Counted from the stretch's first letter, positions 38,930 through 52,130 are shown. The stretch: DNA of 64,000 nt from Octopus sinensis (GCF_006345805.1 NC_043003.1:16120001-16184000), one strand, 5' to 3'. Translations and numbers: made by a program. The notes: generated by a model not told the origin, from the sequence alone.

Positions 38930-39240
38930 CTGCCGACGTCTAGAGTTCAAATGCAGCCGACGTCAGCTTTACCTTTCATCCTTTCGGGGTCGATAAAATA
39001 AATACCAGTGAAGTACTGCCATTAATGTAATTGATTTCCCACTCTCCCCTTAAAATTGCTGGCTTTGCGCCTAAATCGGAAAGAATAAACAATGAGGCAG
39101 CTTCTGAAATATCCTTTCTACTGTGGGTATACAGGCTGAAAAATTGGGGGAAGGGCAAGTCGATTATATCGACCCCAGTGTGCAGCTGGTACTTCTTTCA
39201 TCGGCCCGAAAGGATGAAAAGCAAAGTCGACGTCGGCTGA
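38930..39240. mobile_element. Two degenerate SINE B-variant cores in inverted orientation
   Basis: ccgacgtc...cctttcggggtcgat (+) and its reverse complement at 39150-39240. Confidence 0.6.
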
Positions 39241-39719
39241 ATGTTGCTTCTGAAATATGATGAAATCAAACTTTCACACAGAAATTCTTCTCATCTTTTG
39301 GAATAACAAAGTACAAACATCCAAATTCGTGTTATTTTTTTTTTCTTCTTCCTCATCTTTTTGCTTTATCCCACGTATAATATTCTGTGAAATCAGGACA
39401 GCAAATAGTATGCGCTTGGAAGGCTACAGGTGATTCATGTTTACCTGTCATCCATGGAACCATAAATCCATAATTTACGATTTCTGTGGATGTGTTCCGT
39501 GTTTTCGTTGTCACTGAAACAAACATATTGTTATCCTACTAAATGAACCATATCATTTCAACCTCAGCATCTTTCACACCGCTTCAGATGCTGAAATATT
39601 GCGGACATTAATATAATCCTCAATACCTCTGTTTTTGTTTCTTGTTCTTAAACATTTGTTTCCCCCTCGTAACAGTCACTGAAACACAAGCGTGTATTTT
39701 ATTAATGTATTTACTTATT

Positions 39720-39890
39720 GACGCATACGCAGCTGTGTGGTTGAGAAGCTTGCTTGCCAACCATGTGGTCGTGGATTCAGTCCCAATACTCATCACTTTC
39801 AGCAAGTGTCTTCTACTGTAGCCTCGGATCGACCAATACTTTGTGAGTGAATTTAGTTGACGGAAACTGAAAGCCCGTCGTACGTGTGTG
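39720..39890 (+). mobile_element. SINE A head
   Basis: gctgtgtggttgagaagcttgc...agcaagtgtcttctac...gacggaaactgaaagccc. Confidence 0.75.
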
Positions 39891-41451
39891 CGTGTAAAAT
39901 TAAATTCAAACTTATGATTGTATGTTACGCGAAAACATTTCATATAATTACATCGTTGCACCACACATTTAGAACGTTCAGAATTTAGCTTCCAAATATA
40001 GTTTGATTATAATGGCGTTTCTTCACATTTATCAGTTGTCTTATACTTTGGAACAGTAACCATATCATTTCTTTTTCCGTATAAGCAAGGCGCTACATCC
40101 CTTTCTTTCCATGATGTTAGTATTTGCAGTTACCTTCAAATAGCTCTTTTTGTCTTTTTATATCTCACCTTTGTTATGTTAGATATATCTCACCTTTGTG
40201 ATATTTTTATATCTCACCTTTGTGATGTAGTTTTACGAGACCGTGCATTAGCCATTTTTCTTCTGTTTTTCCTTCTTCTTATTTTTGTTTTTCTAAACTT
40301 TGATCCGAAGGTGAATACGTTTCCTATCGACCCTACAAACTGGTCTTTAAAAGTTAAACCTTATTTTATTGTTGAAATATAATACTTCGAACACACTCAC
40401 ACACAGTAATACGTACTCACAGACACAGACACGCAGGCACAAACACATACACACACAAATTAAAACGAAAGTATAAACCGGATGTAAAAAAGCTGCATTA
40501 AAAATGTGAGTATATCTATGTGTGTGTGTGTGTCTATGGATGTATGTATGTATATATGTGAGTGAATGTGTGTATACACAGATATATGCAATGCATATAT
40601 ACATGCATCTATACACACGCACACATAAAAAAACACATAAATGAAGCAAATTTATATGAAAGACAACTAAAAAATACAAAAGAATAAATATTAAGAGAAA
40701 TTAATAGATAATATATGGGAATGAAGGAATAAACGAATAACGAAATTATGTGCGATTACTATAAATATAAATTTAGCTTGAAACATTGAAAACTGAAGAA
40801 AACCAGTGTTCAGTATTTCAAGTATATGAAATCGAGGAGGGAGATTTTTGAGCGACAGAAGCAGTTTATTTGGCTTTCAATGACCTATCTGTTTTAAGTA
40901 CGATGCACAGATTGCTATTTTGAACTAATACTGCTTCTGTCGCTCATAACGAATTTTAATTCAGCCCACCGGCTTATTGCGATATCAGTAATTTTCAATT
41001 ACTGCTTTGCTATATCAGTAGCGACTGATTTTGTTTTAGCACACGGCTGCTTGTGGATGCCTACTGCTGACGAAGCTTAAGGAGACAAAAATGCGTAAAG
41101 GCAATCTCACTACCATTGTTGGACGGTTTTCGTCTGTTATACAAATTTTTCTGTTTCTTAACATTATATGTTTATAAGAACTGCTACATCGCAGTTTATC
41201 AGCGAGATAGCAGTTTTAACGACGTATTTGCTTTAAGTATGATACATAGTAATAATGGGCACACGCAGTGGTTCACTATCACTTCTCTATTGTTAATCAA
41301 TTGGTAAAGATCTTTCGTCTCAAGGCAGTCATTGAAGAATGAGGGCATGTCTTTGATGAGGTCACGAATAGCAACGAAAGGATTTTGACAAACAACCGAT
41401 AAATTGTTTAACCAAACGCATTAAACAAACCATCGATTTGTTAGATGGCCA

Positions 41452-41874
41452 GATATTTAGTCGGCTGACTAACAATAAAGAAGTGATATGAAGCCAGTGC
41501 GTGTGTTCATGATTATTGGCATAATGACCCTCCCGAGATAAAACAAGATTTGTTTCAATACACGAATTCATATCAGGAATTTCGCAAACCAAATACTAAA
41601 ACGAAGTATGATACACATATTGCTATAAAAGAAAATACTTTAGCCAAGACTTGTAACCGGATAAACACATGATATTTAGTCGGCTCACTAAGAATAAAGA
41701 AGTGATATTAAACCAGTGAGTGTGTTTATGATTATTGACATAATGACCTTCCCAAGATAAAACAAGATCTCTTTCAACACACGAATTCATATCAGGAATT
41801 TCGCAAACGAAGTATGATACACATATTGCTATAAAAGAAAATACTTTAGCCAAGACTTGTAACCGGATAAACAG
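41452..41874. repeat. 219-bp tandem duplication (with an inverted partial copy at 41250-41299)
   Basis: gatatttagtcggct at 41452 and 41671; both units end gtaaccggataaaca. Confidence 0.88.
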
Positions 41875-42436
41875 TCTTTTACAGAGCAATCAACGCTTGT
41901 CAGACGGAACCATTACTCAAAGTAGAAACATATTTTATCGTAACTAAAAAAAAAAAAAATCAATTATAGTGAATTTAAGGCTAAAGATCATTTAGGTGTC
42001 ATTTCAGTCTGAGACTATGTTTGTCATTAATATTAAGACGTTATTATGATTCTGTTTTGAAGCTGATACCTATTGGATTTCTCTGAAAATAATGTAGATT
42101 CGATAAATGTAAGGGAGACGTGTAATAAGGACGAAGAAGAGAAAAATTTAGGGGAGAGGGAACAGGGCGTGACGGTGGATATCCGTATGTGTATGCCAGT
42201 GTTTTGTCTGTGTATGTGTGTCAGTGCGCTTATGTGTGTGTGTCAGTGCGCTTATGTGTGTGTGTCAGTGCGTACGTGTGTCAGTATGTGTCTGTGTGAA
42301 GAAGAGACAGAATAACGATTGAGTTATATACATATGTATATGTATATATGTGTGTGTGAGTATATGTGTGTGTGGTGTATTTGTGTGTGAGTGTATGTGT
42401 GTGGTGCGTTTGCGTGTGTGTGTATATATATATCTA

Positions 42437-43834
42437 CAGGGTGTTCCAAAAGAAACAGTGCACTGAACATTTTCATAGGTATACATAAAGAAACAGTGCA
42501 CTGAACACAAGAAAGGATATTTATAGTTGAAAATGTTTTCCCAAAAGATTTTAAATATTATATTTAGATAATTTAGATATCTAAATTTTAGATATTTATA
42601 TTAAATATTCTTTTGTTTCAGGGACCCTTTGAAAATGGTGCTTACCTTACAAGAAAGGATATTTATTGTTGAAAATGTTTTCCGAGATGGTGGCAAATAC
42701 ACAAAAGAAGTGCAAGAGTCATTTCAAGAAAAATTTGGTGCAGAACGTTTGCCGCATCGAAATTGTGTTTCCGCTTTGTTGCATAAGTTCAAAAAAACTG
42801 GAAGTGTTCAAGACAAACCCAAAAGTGGCCGCCCAAAAGTCGTTACAGATACAGTCTTACAGAATGTTACCAACAAACTGCAGAGGAGCCCACGAAAGTC
42901 TTTGAGGCGTTTGTCTCAAGAAACTAGGATATCTCTAACATCAACTCACCGAGCAGTGCATCAACTTAAATTCTTTCCATATAAAGTGCATGTTGTTCAT
43001 GAACTGAAGCCTCAGGATTCAGAAAAACGCGTACTCTTCTGTCGGTGGTTTGAAAATTTTATTCTAGAGAAAGGTGAAAACATTTTAAACCATACATTCT
43101 TCAGTGATGAAGCATGGTTCCATTTGTCCGGGTACATGAACAGTCAGAACTCTAGAGTGTGGTCTACAATAAATCCTCATGCTCTGTTTCAGAAACCACT
43201 CCACGATCAAAAAGTTGGTGTTTGGTGTGCTTTGTCAAGGCGGCGTATAATTGGACCTATCTTTTTTGAAAACACCATCACATCTGAGTGTTACATTCAT
43301 AACATCCTGGAGCCATTTTTTGATCAACTGACGGAGCAAGAAAAGCAACAAGGCTGGTTCCAGCAAGATGGTGCAACTGCACATACGGCTCGTGTCAGTA
43401 TGGCTGCAGTTGGTGATGTCTTTGGGGATCGTGTGATCTCTCGTGGTTTGTGGCCACCTCGATCACCGGATTTAACACCTCCTGACTTTTATTTGTGGGG
43501 CAAATTGAAAGACTCAGTGTATGCAGACAATCCTCGAACTACGGATGAACTGAAGCAGAAAATAACAAGTGTTATTCAAAACATCAAACCTGATGAACTT
43601 GAGTGTGTTTTTCAAAACACGCAGCGTCGCGCTCGTTTATGTCTGCAGGTGAATGGCGCACACTTTCAACAGTTATTGTAGATCATATCTTACTGCACGA
43701 GTCAATCCTCAATCGTACTTTAGTTGATAAGGTATTGAATTTGTGAATATTTGCAATAAATAGTATTTTTCTGTGAGTTTTGTTTCTTTGGGTTATTAGC
43801 ATATTCCTACTGCACTGTTTCTTTTGGAACACCC
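42437..43834 (+). mobile_element. Tc1/mariner-superfamily DNA transposon (rosa/Visitor-like), near full length
   Basis: TA|cagggtgttccaaaagaaacagtgca left TIR; right TIR tgcactgtttcttttggaacaccc (43811-43834) lacks the terminal TG and TA; AATAAA at 43755. Confidence 0.92.
42635..43681 (+). CDS. Intact DDD transposase, 348 aa from the first ATG
   Basis: Uninterrupted ORF; N-terminal HTH with SGRPK; FSDEAWF, FQQDGATAH and WPPRSPDLTPPDFYLWG motifs; 38 residues between the 2nd and 3rd catalytic D. Confidence 0.93.
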   Translation: MVLTLQERIFIVENVFRDGGKYTKEVQESFQEKFGAERLPHRNCVSALLHKFKKTGSVQDKPKSGRPKVVTDTVLQNVTNKLQRSPRKSLRRLSQETRISLTSTHRAVHQLKFFPYKVHVVHELKPQDSEKRVLFCRWFENFILEKGENILNHTFFSDEAWFHLSGYMNSQNSRVWSTINPHALFQKPLHDQKVGVWCALSRRRIIGPIFFENTITSECYIHNILEPFFDQLTEQEKQQGWFQQDGATAHTARVSMAAVGDVFGDRVISRGLWPPRSPDLTPPDFYLWGKLKDSVYADNPRTTDELKQKITSVIQNIKPDELECVFQNTQRRARLCLQVNGAHFQQLL

Positions 43835-44223
43835 ACATATACATATATATTTATATATACTCAAACCATACACACTCCAACACATTTAAACAGTATTCAC
43901 ATACACATACACACAAATACACAAACACACATTTCTTACTTCATACACACACTAGCACTCACACCTTCATTATAGTCCTGCACGCTATTCGTACTCATAG
44001 TAACCAGTCTATAATACACAGGCGCTTCTCAACACTTTTGTCACCTCTATGTCACGTATACGTCCTTCGAGTATGGCACACAAAATGGCCTCAGGCACGC
44101 ACAAACACATATACACACAATAGCAGAATACTCACATGAGCGCACGCATACTCATGCAAACGTGCGCTTATGCCTGACAGTCTCATGCACATATATGAAA
44201 AGAAAAGAATCACACACACACAT

Positions 44224-44556
44224 GAAAAGAACCGCACACGCACACACACACATACACACACGAACGAGTACATACATATTCATACAAACACTCATAGCAT
44301 GTACGTACTCATTTGCTTCATACACACACTCGCGCAGGCACGCATACATATATGTCAGACAGCCTCGTACACACACACACATGAAAAGAAAAACACACAC
44401 ACAAGAAAAGAATCGCACACGCACACGGACACACACGAACGCATACATACACATTCATACAAACACTCATAGCATATACGTACTCATTTGTTTCATACAT
44501 ACACTCACGCAGGCACGCATACATATATGCCAGAGAGCCTAGTACACACACACACA
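44224..44556. repeat. ~175-bp tandem repeat (2 copies) in CA-rich DNA
   Basis: catacaaacactcatagcat at 44281 and 44456. Confidence 0.8.
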
Positions 44557-44988
44557 CACTGACACACAAACAAACAGAAAAGAAAGACACACATATTCAC
44601 AAGAACACGTACGCAAAAACACACCCTGGACACGCATATCCTATAGCTTCATGTACACACTCGTGCATGCACGCACACACAAACACACACACACACAAAC
44701 GCACACAACTGCCCGGTCACAATCGTGCTCCTTTGCCACCACGCTTAAGGTGATCCATATACCCCCTCTGATCACTGCAGCAAGCCGTGATCATTCGTTA
44801 CATACACATGTGTTCCTTTTACTCATATTTTTATCTCTTTGATTATTTCTTCAAAAGAAGAGCGTATGCCCGAAATACAAAAGACTTGTCCTTCCGATTT
44901 CTTCTATTTCCTGAACGTAATACACTCTGCTTCTTTTTTGTTTTTTACCTCGTCTTCCTGTTTGTTATATCTTTGCACTATTGTATGC

Positions 44989-45021
<33 letters not shown>

Positions 45022-45347
45022 AACTCACAAGCATACAGAGGCAAACAGATAGATAACAGACACACAAGCAAATAGACAGGTAGGTAGGTAGATAACAATT
45101 GAATTATATACATATGTATATGTGTTTGTACGAGTGTATGTGTGTGGTGTGTTTGTGTGTGTGGTGCGTTTGTGTGTGTGTGTATATATATATATCTAAA
45201 TATATACATATACATATATATTTATATATACTCAAATCACACACACTCCAACACATTTAAACAACATAGATAGATAGATACATACATACATACATACATA
45301 CATACATACATACATACATACATACATACATAAATACATACATCATA

Positions 45348-45920
45348 CAAAGGGAATATTCCAGAGAGATAATCTTTCTGTATTTTTTTCATTTTGGCAC
45401 CGAGTCCGTTATCGTTCCTACTGCAGAAAACAAATGGTTACATGCTAGGATTTTCAACTGCTAGAAATATCAATGTAACACATAATTTCTTTCTAGACAA
45501 CCTGAAGATTTATGCTAAAAATATTAACAATGCCAAAATATAACTGGACCTAATGACAACATTTTTAGCTGATATAGGCATGGAATTTGGCCAAAAGAAA
45601 TGTTCGTATTTGGTCATAGAACGAGGAAAGTCAGTTCCCCAAACCGAAAACTTGTGCATTAACGGTCTGTCTATCTTCCCTTTTCCACATAAAGAATGTT
45701 ACAAGTACCTAGTCATAGATGAAAATTATCATATGAAAGCACCGTAAATAAAGATAAAGTAACTCGAGAATATTGCACCAGACTTAGGAAAATATGGCAG
45801 TCGGAACTCTCCTCGTACAACAAAACAATATCCCGCAATGCATTTGCAGTACCAGTGTTGATGGCAACATTTAAGATACTTGATTGGTCTGTAGAGGAAA
45901 TCCACTCCATAATGTTGTAA
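45348..45920 (+). pseudogene. R4/Dong-like LINE RT remnant
   Basis: K(G)IFQRDNLS; THNFFLDNLKIYAK; FLADIGMEFGQKKC; YKYL; RLRKIWQSELSSYNK...AFAVPVL...ILDW; frameshifted. Confidence 0.78.
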
Positions 45921-46050
45921 ACAGCAAACAGAGGTATTAGCTTAACGCACGGGAAGTGAGAAAGTCTTTTACGTTTCGAGCCTATGCTCTTCGACAGAAG
46001 TATCAAATTGGTTTGCAAAATTTTGTTCTGGTAACTTTGATATATATATG

Positions 46051-46103
<53 letters not shown>

Positions 46104-46664
46104 ATAAATATACCAACGAATATAGTGTGGGGGGTAAGAGTATAAGCGTTAATGTGATTATGTAAGCAAAATAAATAGAAAAGAAGACAATAGTATACCT
46201 CCTTGGCTAAGTCCATCGAGTATCACTTTCGTGGTTCATAATAGATAGTATTTACCGTACAGGTGGTTGTGGTGGGCGGTACCATTTTGTAATTGGGAAA
46301 AACATTTAAACTACTAAATTGTAATTACAACCTAATTAACAAACGTATCGAGTTATTGATTTACTCTTCTGGTTTATTCAGTAAAACATTCCTAAAGTTT
46401 CCATATTCAAATTTCCACACAGAGATACCACTTAATTAACTCACCTGCATATAACGAAATGAACTCTATAGCAAAGTACCCCAGGTACTTTATTATAGAT
46501 TAATTCTATTTCTTAATTGAACCACTGTATAACACGATGGAGAATCTTTTCTTAATTAACTCGAGTATTAAATTAATTCAAATATTAGCGCCATTTCTTT
46601 CGGCTTTGCGTTCTGAGTTCATATTCCACCGACGTCGATTTTGTTTTTCATCTTTTTCGGGCTG

Positions 46665-47480
46665 GTGTAGGATGGAAGATTGCAAAGATAAAGCACTATA
46701 CAAGAAATTGAAAACGAATGAAACTGAAAATAGGTGGATAAAGAAAAATGCATGGACAATTTCATAGGAACGTTGAAGATAAAACAGACAGAGAAAAAAG
46801 ATGGCTATGGATGACTAAAAGTGATTTAAAACCGGAAACGGAGGCTCTAATCTGTGCTACCCAAGAGCAAGCACTAAGAGCCAATTACATCAAATACGGA
46901 ATAGACAACACAGCAGAAAGTGATAAGTGCAGAATATTTGTGGACAAAATGGTGAAACCGTATGGCACATTACCAGTCAACGTACGCCACTATCCCAGAA
47001 GGAATATAAGAGACGTCATGACAATAAAGCAAGGATTGTCCATTGGACACTTTGCAGTAAGTATGGACTTGACAGAGCTAAAAGGTGGTACGAACAAAAA
47101 CCCGAAGGCGTCATAGAAAATGATAATATAAAGACCCTATGGAACTTTATGATTCAGTGCGACTATGGGTTAGAGAATAGGAAGCCGGACATAGTGTTAA
47201 TTAAAAAAGAATGTAAACGATGCTGGATCACAGATAGAGCATGCCCAGCTGACAACAAGGTATGCAATAAGGAAGAAAGAAAAGTCGATAGATATGACAG
47301 GTTAGCTTGGGAGGTTAACCAGTTGAGGTCGCTGAAAAAGGTGATAGTAGTACCAATAATTATCGGATCCCTGGGAACAATGAGTGAAAATCTTGAGAAG
47401 TATAGGGGCTGCAATAAGGGTGGAGCACTTGCAGAAAACAGCACTGCTTGGAAATAGCAAAGCTCGAAAGAAGTCGCGGA
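46665..47480 (+). pseudogene. R4/Dong-like LINE C-terminus (CCHC knuckle and RLE endonuclease), frameshifted
   Basis: MHGQF...ETEALICATQEQAL; CRI/CGQNGETVWHITSQ; YKRRHDNKA; RKPDIVLI...D...P.D...KEERKVDRYDRL...VPIIIGSLG. Confidence 0.85.
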
Positions 47481-47932
47481 GTAGGCCGACGTACCTTGAA
47501 ATTTTGGATGGAAAAGGACATGCGTCCAATGTCAGAAAATAAACTAATGAACCCAGTGAGAGTGATTCGGAGGAAGGGTACTTAACTGGAGTAGAAATAT
47601 TTTGCATTAGTAAGAGTCTGAGAGACCATGCGGGTGGGCTACAAAGGATGGTCGTAGTTGAAAACAGAGAGGTAGGAGTTTAAAGCAGGGGGGAAAGAGT
47701 AGAGAGGAGGAACAGGGTGATGGGGCTGTTAAGGATGAGGAACAGGAACGCTATACAGTGAACCCTAAAAAAGTGGTGGGTGGACATGCAGGGGAAATGA
47801 ACCAACTAGATAATGAATTGCTTGAAATTCAGACGACTCACCGATTTGAATGTTCCAGAAGGAAAAATCCCCATTAATATGAGAAGGGTAGGTAGGAGTA
47901 CAATAAATAAAGTGACACAAAAGATAAATACT

Positions 47933-48165
47933 TATTTCTTTATTACTCAAAAGGGGCTAAACACAGAGGGGACAAACAAGGACAGACATAGGTATTAAGT
48001 GGATTACATCGATCCCCAGTGCGTAACTGGTACTTAATTTATCGACCCCGAAAGGATGAAAGGCAAAGTCGACCTCGGCGGAATTTGAACTCACAACGTA
48101 ACGCAGACGAAATACCGCTAAGCATTTCGCCCGGCGTGCTAACGTTTCTGCCAGCTCGCCGCCTT
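47933..48165 (-). mobile_element. SINE B monomer with 13-bp TSD
   Basis: aaagataaatact at 47920-47932 and 48168-48180. Confidence 0.92.
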
Positions 48166-48629
48166 ATAAAGATAAATACTGTCATACCATACATCCAGAC
48201 GAAGGACATAATGCAAACAAAGAATCTTCTCCGGGCTATTGCGCTACTTGAGGAGAAATTACAACTTAAGAGAACAAAAAATGGCGGAGCAAAAGAACCG
48301 TGATGGAAACGACGCATTGAAAGGGACATAATGTGGGCAAGGTGGTAGTGGTGGTGGTGGTGATTTCTTCCACTGGAACTCATCAATAAGGTTTTAGAAA
48401 AAGAGTAAGGTTGTTTAACACAACCCTTATAAATGTTAATTCCTCAATGAAATTATAGAAATGGCCTGCAGTTCCCCACCAAAATTATACCATATCGTCT
48501 TATGAATATACATCGCAAAATGTAGGCCTATTATGTAATAAAGGCGAGATGATCAAGGATAGGCTGGCTTTGATTGATGGTTAACTCGTGGCTAAATAGC
48601 ACAAAAATATGCAATCATAAAAACTCGTA

Positions 48630-48970
48630 CATTGTGAGAGAATCTGATAGATGGAAACTATGAGGAATCCCCTCCTATACACATAGACATATATATGCGT
48701 ATGTGTGTATATGAGCATATGTGTGCATGTGTATATGTGTGCATGTGCATATGTGTGTATGTGTTTGCGCTTGTATTTTTTCGGCTTGACAATCGATGCT
48801 GGTTTATTTACGTTCCCGTATCGAAGCAGTTCGAGAGAAAGAGGCGAATAAAATTTTAAAAAAAACATAAAGTATGTGCTGGGAGTCTATTAAACCGACG
48901 AAACTTCTTCAAGGTGATGCCCCAGCATGGTCACAGTCCAGTGAGGAAAACCAGTAAAAGAGTTAAAGAG
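48630..48970 (+). mobile_element. Highly degenerate SINE A
   Basis: gcttgacaatcgatgctgg...ccagcatggtcacagtc...gtaaaagag. Confidence 0.55.
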
Positions 48971-49220
48971 TTTGAGGTGAACCACATTATAAGAAAACCT
49001 GCAGAGGAGGGAAACCGAAAAGATACATAAAAAACAACGAGAAAAAAATCACAGGCATTGTTATACAGTCAATAGTTATTTTGCACATCTTCGCCTCCTT
49101 CTTTGATATACACAAGACAGGAGCAAATGTAAACAACTGCTTTCAAATAAAGAAAATGTTCCATTGCCAATATCCAAGATTTATACACATAATCCGCCGT
49201 GGCATGACTGAAATGAAGAC

Positions 49221-49221
<1 letters not shown>

Positions 49222-49299
<78 letters not shown>

Positions 49300-49310
49300 T
49301 GATGATGATG

Positions 49311-49343
<33 letters not shown>

Positions 49344-49372
49344 TAATAATAATATAATAATAATAATAATAA
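49222..49372. repeat. (AAT)n microsatellite
   Basis: Direct reading. Confidence 0.95.
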
Positions 49373-50563
49373 TCACGACGTTAAGGCTTTACAAGCAAGA
49401 TTCTAGAAAAATACTAATATTGGGAAAAGGAAAAAAAATAATTGTATATTGAAAGTAGATGAAAAAATTCCTGGTAAAAACATGCCAAAAGAACCGGCTC
49501 AGATAACTGAAGCATTTCTTCAAACAGAACCAATGTCTGGAAAGAAAGTCGAATATGTTCTAGAGTGGCATTAATACATAAACAACATGGTTATTGTTTA
49601 TAGACCAACAGTAAAACAAATGCAGATATATTGGAATGATATGGCGGTTGGGGATAAATTACAACCGCGATAGAAAGTAGATAAGAGGAAGAAATGGAAT
49701 GGAAAAAAAAGAATTAAACGACAAATGTGGTCAAGTGTAACAACTGGAAGAGTGAAACGAAAATGATGAAGATCAAAAACCACTGGAAATCTTCTGGAAT
49801 TTATAAAGTTCCATTATCCATTCCAGAATACTTTCGCTGGTCTTAAAACTTGTCAAAGTACTTCTCTTCATATGAAATGTCTAATATCAAACCATGCCCC
49901 AGTGTGGTGAAATTCGACCAACAAAGAATTAGTAACTTAATCTTCCTCGGGAGAATACAAATTAGGTTTCACATCTTAAGCTATTGAATAAAACTTTTAG
50001 TGGTGTCTTAGAAATATTGCAATCTTTCAATTTAAAAACTTAACAGCCTGAACGATATACATTTTCTTATATAAAGACGCGGCTAAATTATCTATAAGTT
50101 TAGACATAAATAAATTATTGGAAATTGTGATAACAAGTTCTGTAGATGCTAGGTGAACATTTCTTTCGGAGTATACGTTCATTTCTGACATTAATCAATA
50201 TGTACCAAAGTATTTGTAACATAAAGGAAAAGGAAAATATTTGTGTACCTGTAAGATAAAATGTCCTCATAATAAACACGTATTCTACCTTTGATTGTCA
50301 GCTATCATTGAGGAGACAATCTCATTTAGATTAAGTTCAGGTAGGTTTCGAAGATTGAAATTAAATCAAAGATTAAATAAGGTGTAAATCAAAGAGAAAC
50401 TAAGGTGCATTTTAGCCACATTTAAGCTTATTAAAAGTAGAAAGGATAGGATCCGATCTTATGAACATCGACTTACCTTAATAAAATAATAATTTCTTCC
50501 ACTTTGCTAAGACGTGATCAACTTAAAGTTTAAACGTAAAATTCTTTACATTTTGGCATGTTA

Positions 50564-51174
50564 GGGATAGCCCTAATAATCCTGACATACAGACTGCTAG
50601 ATCCACATGTAGATCTAACGGTTTGTAAATCCTAACTTTTCAAACCACTGCGTAGACGCAGATTATGCCCGGCGACAGAGAGGATGCCGGTAAAAATTTC
50701 GAACAAATTTATCAAACGTCCCACTGAAGAAACTGGCCTTCAGCAAATGCTTTTTTGCTGGAAATAGTTAGAAATCGTCGGTCTGGGTTATAGTTGAGAT
50801 GGTAAATGTTTTTAATTTTCATTCCATTCGTGAATTTATCCTTTTTTATGTTCTAGCACAACGCTTCCCTATTTGTAAGCCTCTTATTGTATTTCTATAT
50901 GAATAATATATAGTCTAATGACTAATTCGTTTTTTGTGCTAGGCCACTGGTAATAATAATTTATTATTACCCTATTTTATTATGTTTAAATATTGCTTGA
51001 TAAATTTGTTCGAAATTTTTACCGGCATCCTCTCTGTCGCCGGGTATAATCTGCGTCTACGCAGTGGTTTGAAAAGTTAGGATTTACAAACTGTTAGATC
51101 TACATGTGGATCTAGCAGTCTGTATGTCAGGATTATTAAGGCTGTCCCACTGAAGAAACTGGCCTTCAGCAAAT
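50564..51174. repeat. ~150-bp inverted repeat plus a 31-bp direct repeat
   Basis: Arms 50564-50714 and 50998-51148; gtcccactgaagaaactggccttcagcaaat at 50718 and 51144. Confidence 0.85.
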
Positions 51175-51201
51175 ATATGCATATATATGAATATATATAT
51201 G

Positions 51202-51261
<60 letters not shown>

Positions 51262-51450
51262 ATATATATATAGGCATATATTTGTGTATATATATATGTA
51301 TATACATATATATATGTATACATATATATATTCACATATATATACATATATATGTACATATATATATATGTATATATACATATATGTACATATACACATT
51401 TATATATATATATGTATATGTATATATATATATACTTATATATACATATG

Positions 51451-51486
<36 letters not shown>

Positions 51487-51492
51487 ATATAC

Positions 51493-51549
<57 letters not shown>

Positions 51550-51551
51550 TA

Positions 51552-51682
51552 CTTTATTTAAAGTACTCAGAGTAACAGGTTTTGTTGAATTTTCTGCTGC
51601 TTTAAATAAAGCATATTACTCTACCACTGGTATTTGAGTACTCTTTTTTCCACCTTGTTTCACATTTATGTGTTTACTCCGG

Positions 51683-51685
<3 letters not shown>
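51552..51685 (+). mobile_element. Second mini-insertion of the 29823 family
   Basis: 12-bp inverted arm ctttatttaaag, then actcagagtaacagg... and tail; (TA)n on both sides. Confidence 0.8.
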
Positions 51686-51734
<49 letters not shown>

Positions 51735-52130
51735 ACGATAAACGCGTTACAACGATACACGCGTTCTTTAAACGTACTGACAAGAGTATTCTCCGAGAAA
51801 AGGATGAAAAATTGTTCTTCGTTATAGAGCGGACAAAAAGATTTACTTTTGTCATATGGGAGGGATCTAAGTAGAATTTTCCATTCCAAATCGAATTGTT
51901 TCTTATGTCCCTTTAGAGACCAAATTAATTTATTAAGCCCAGTTTTGTTGCGTTTATTGATATGTCTAAATTTAGAGTAATGATTAAATATTCTTTTCGA
52001 CAACTGGGACGATGAGCTACCTATATATAAAAAAAGGCATCGGAACCGGAAGCAATTTTACAATGACAAAACAAAGTTTCTAATCTTAGAATTACTGCTA
52101 AGGAAACAAAAAAGATTCGAATTTATATCA
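51735..52130 (-). pseudogene. PLE GIY-YIG endonuclease remnant
   Basis: ...HCKIASGSDAFFYIGSSSSQLSKRIFNHYSKFRH...LNKLIWSLK...WKIL...PYDKSKSFCPL, typical of a PLE EN C-terminus. Confidence 0.65.
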
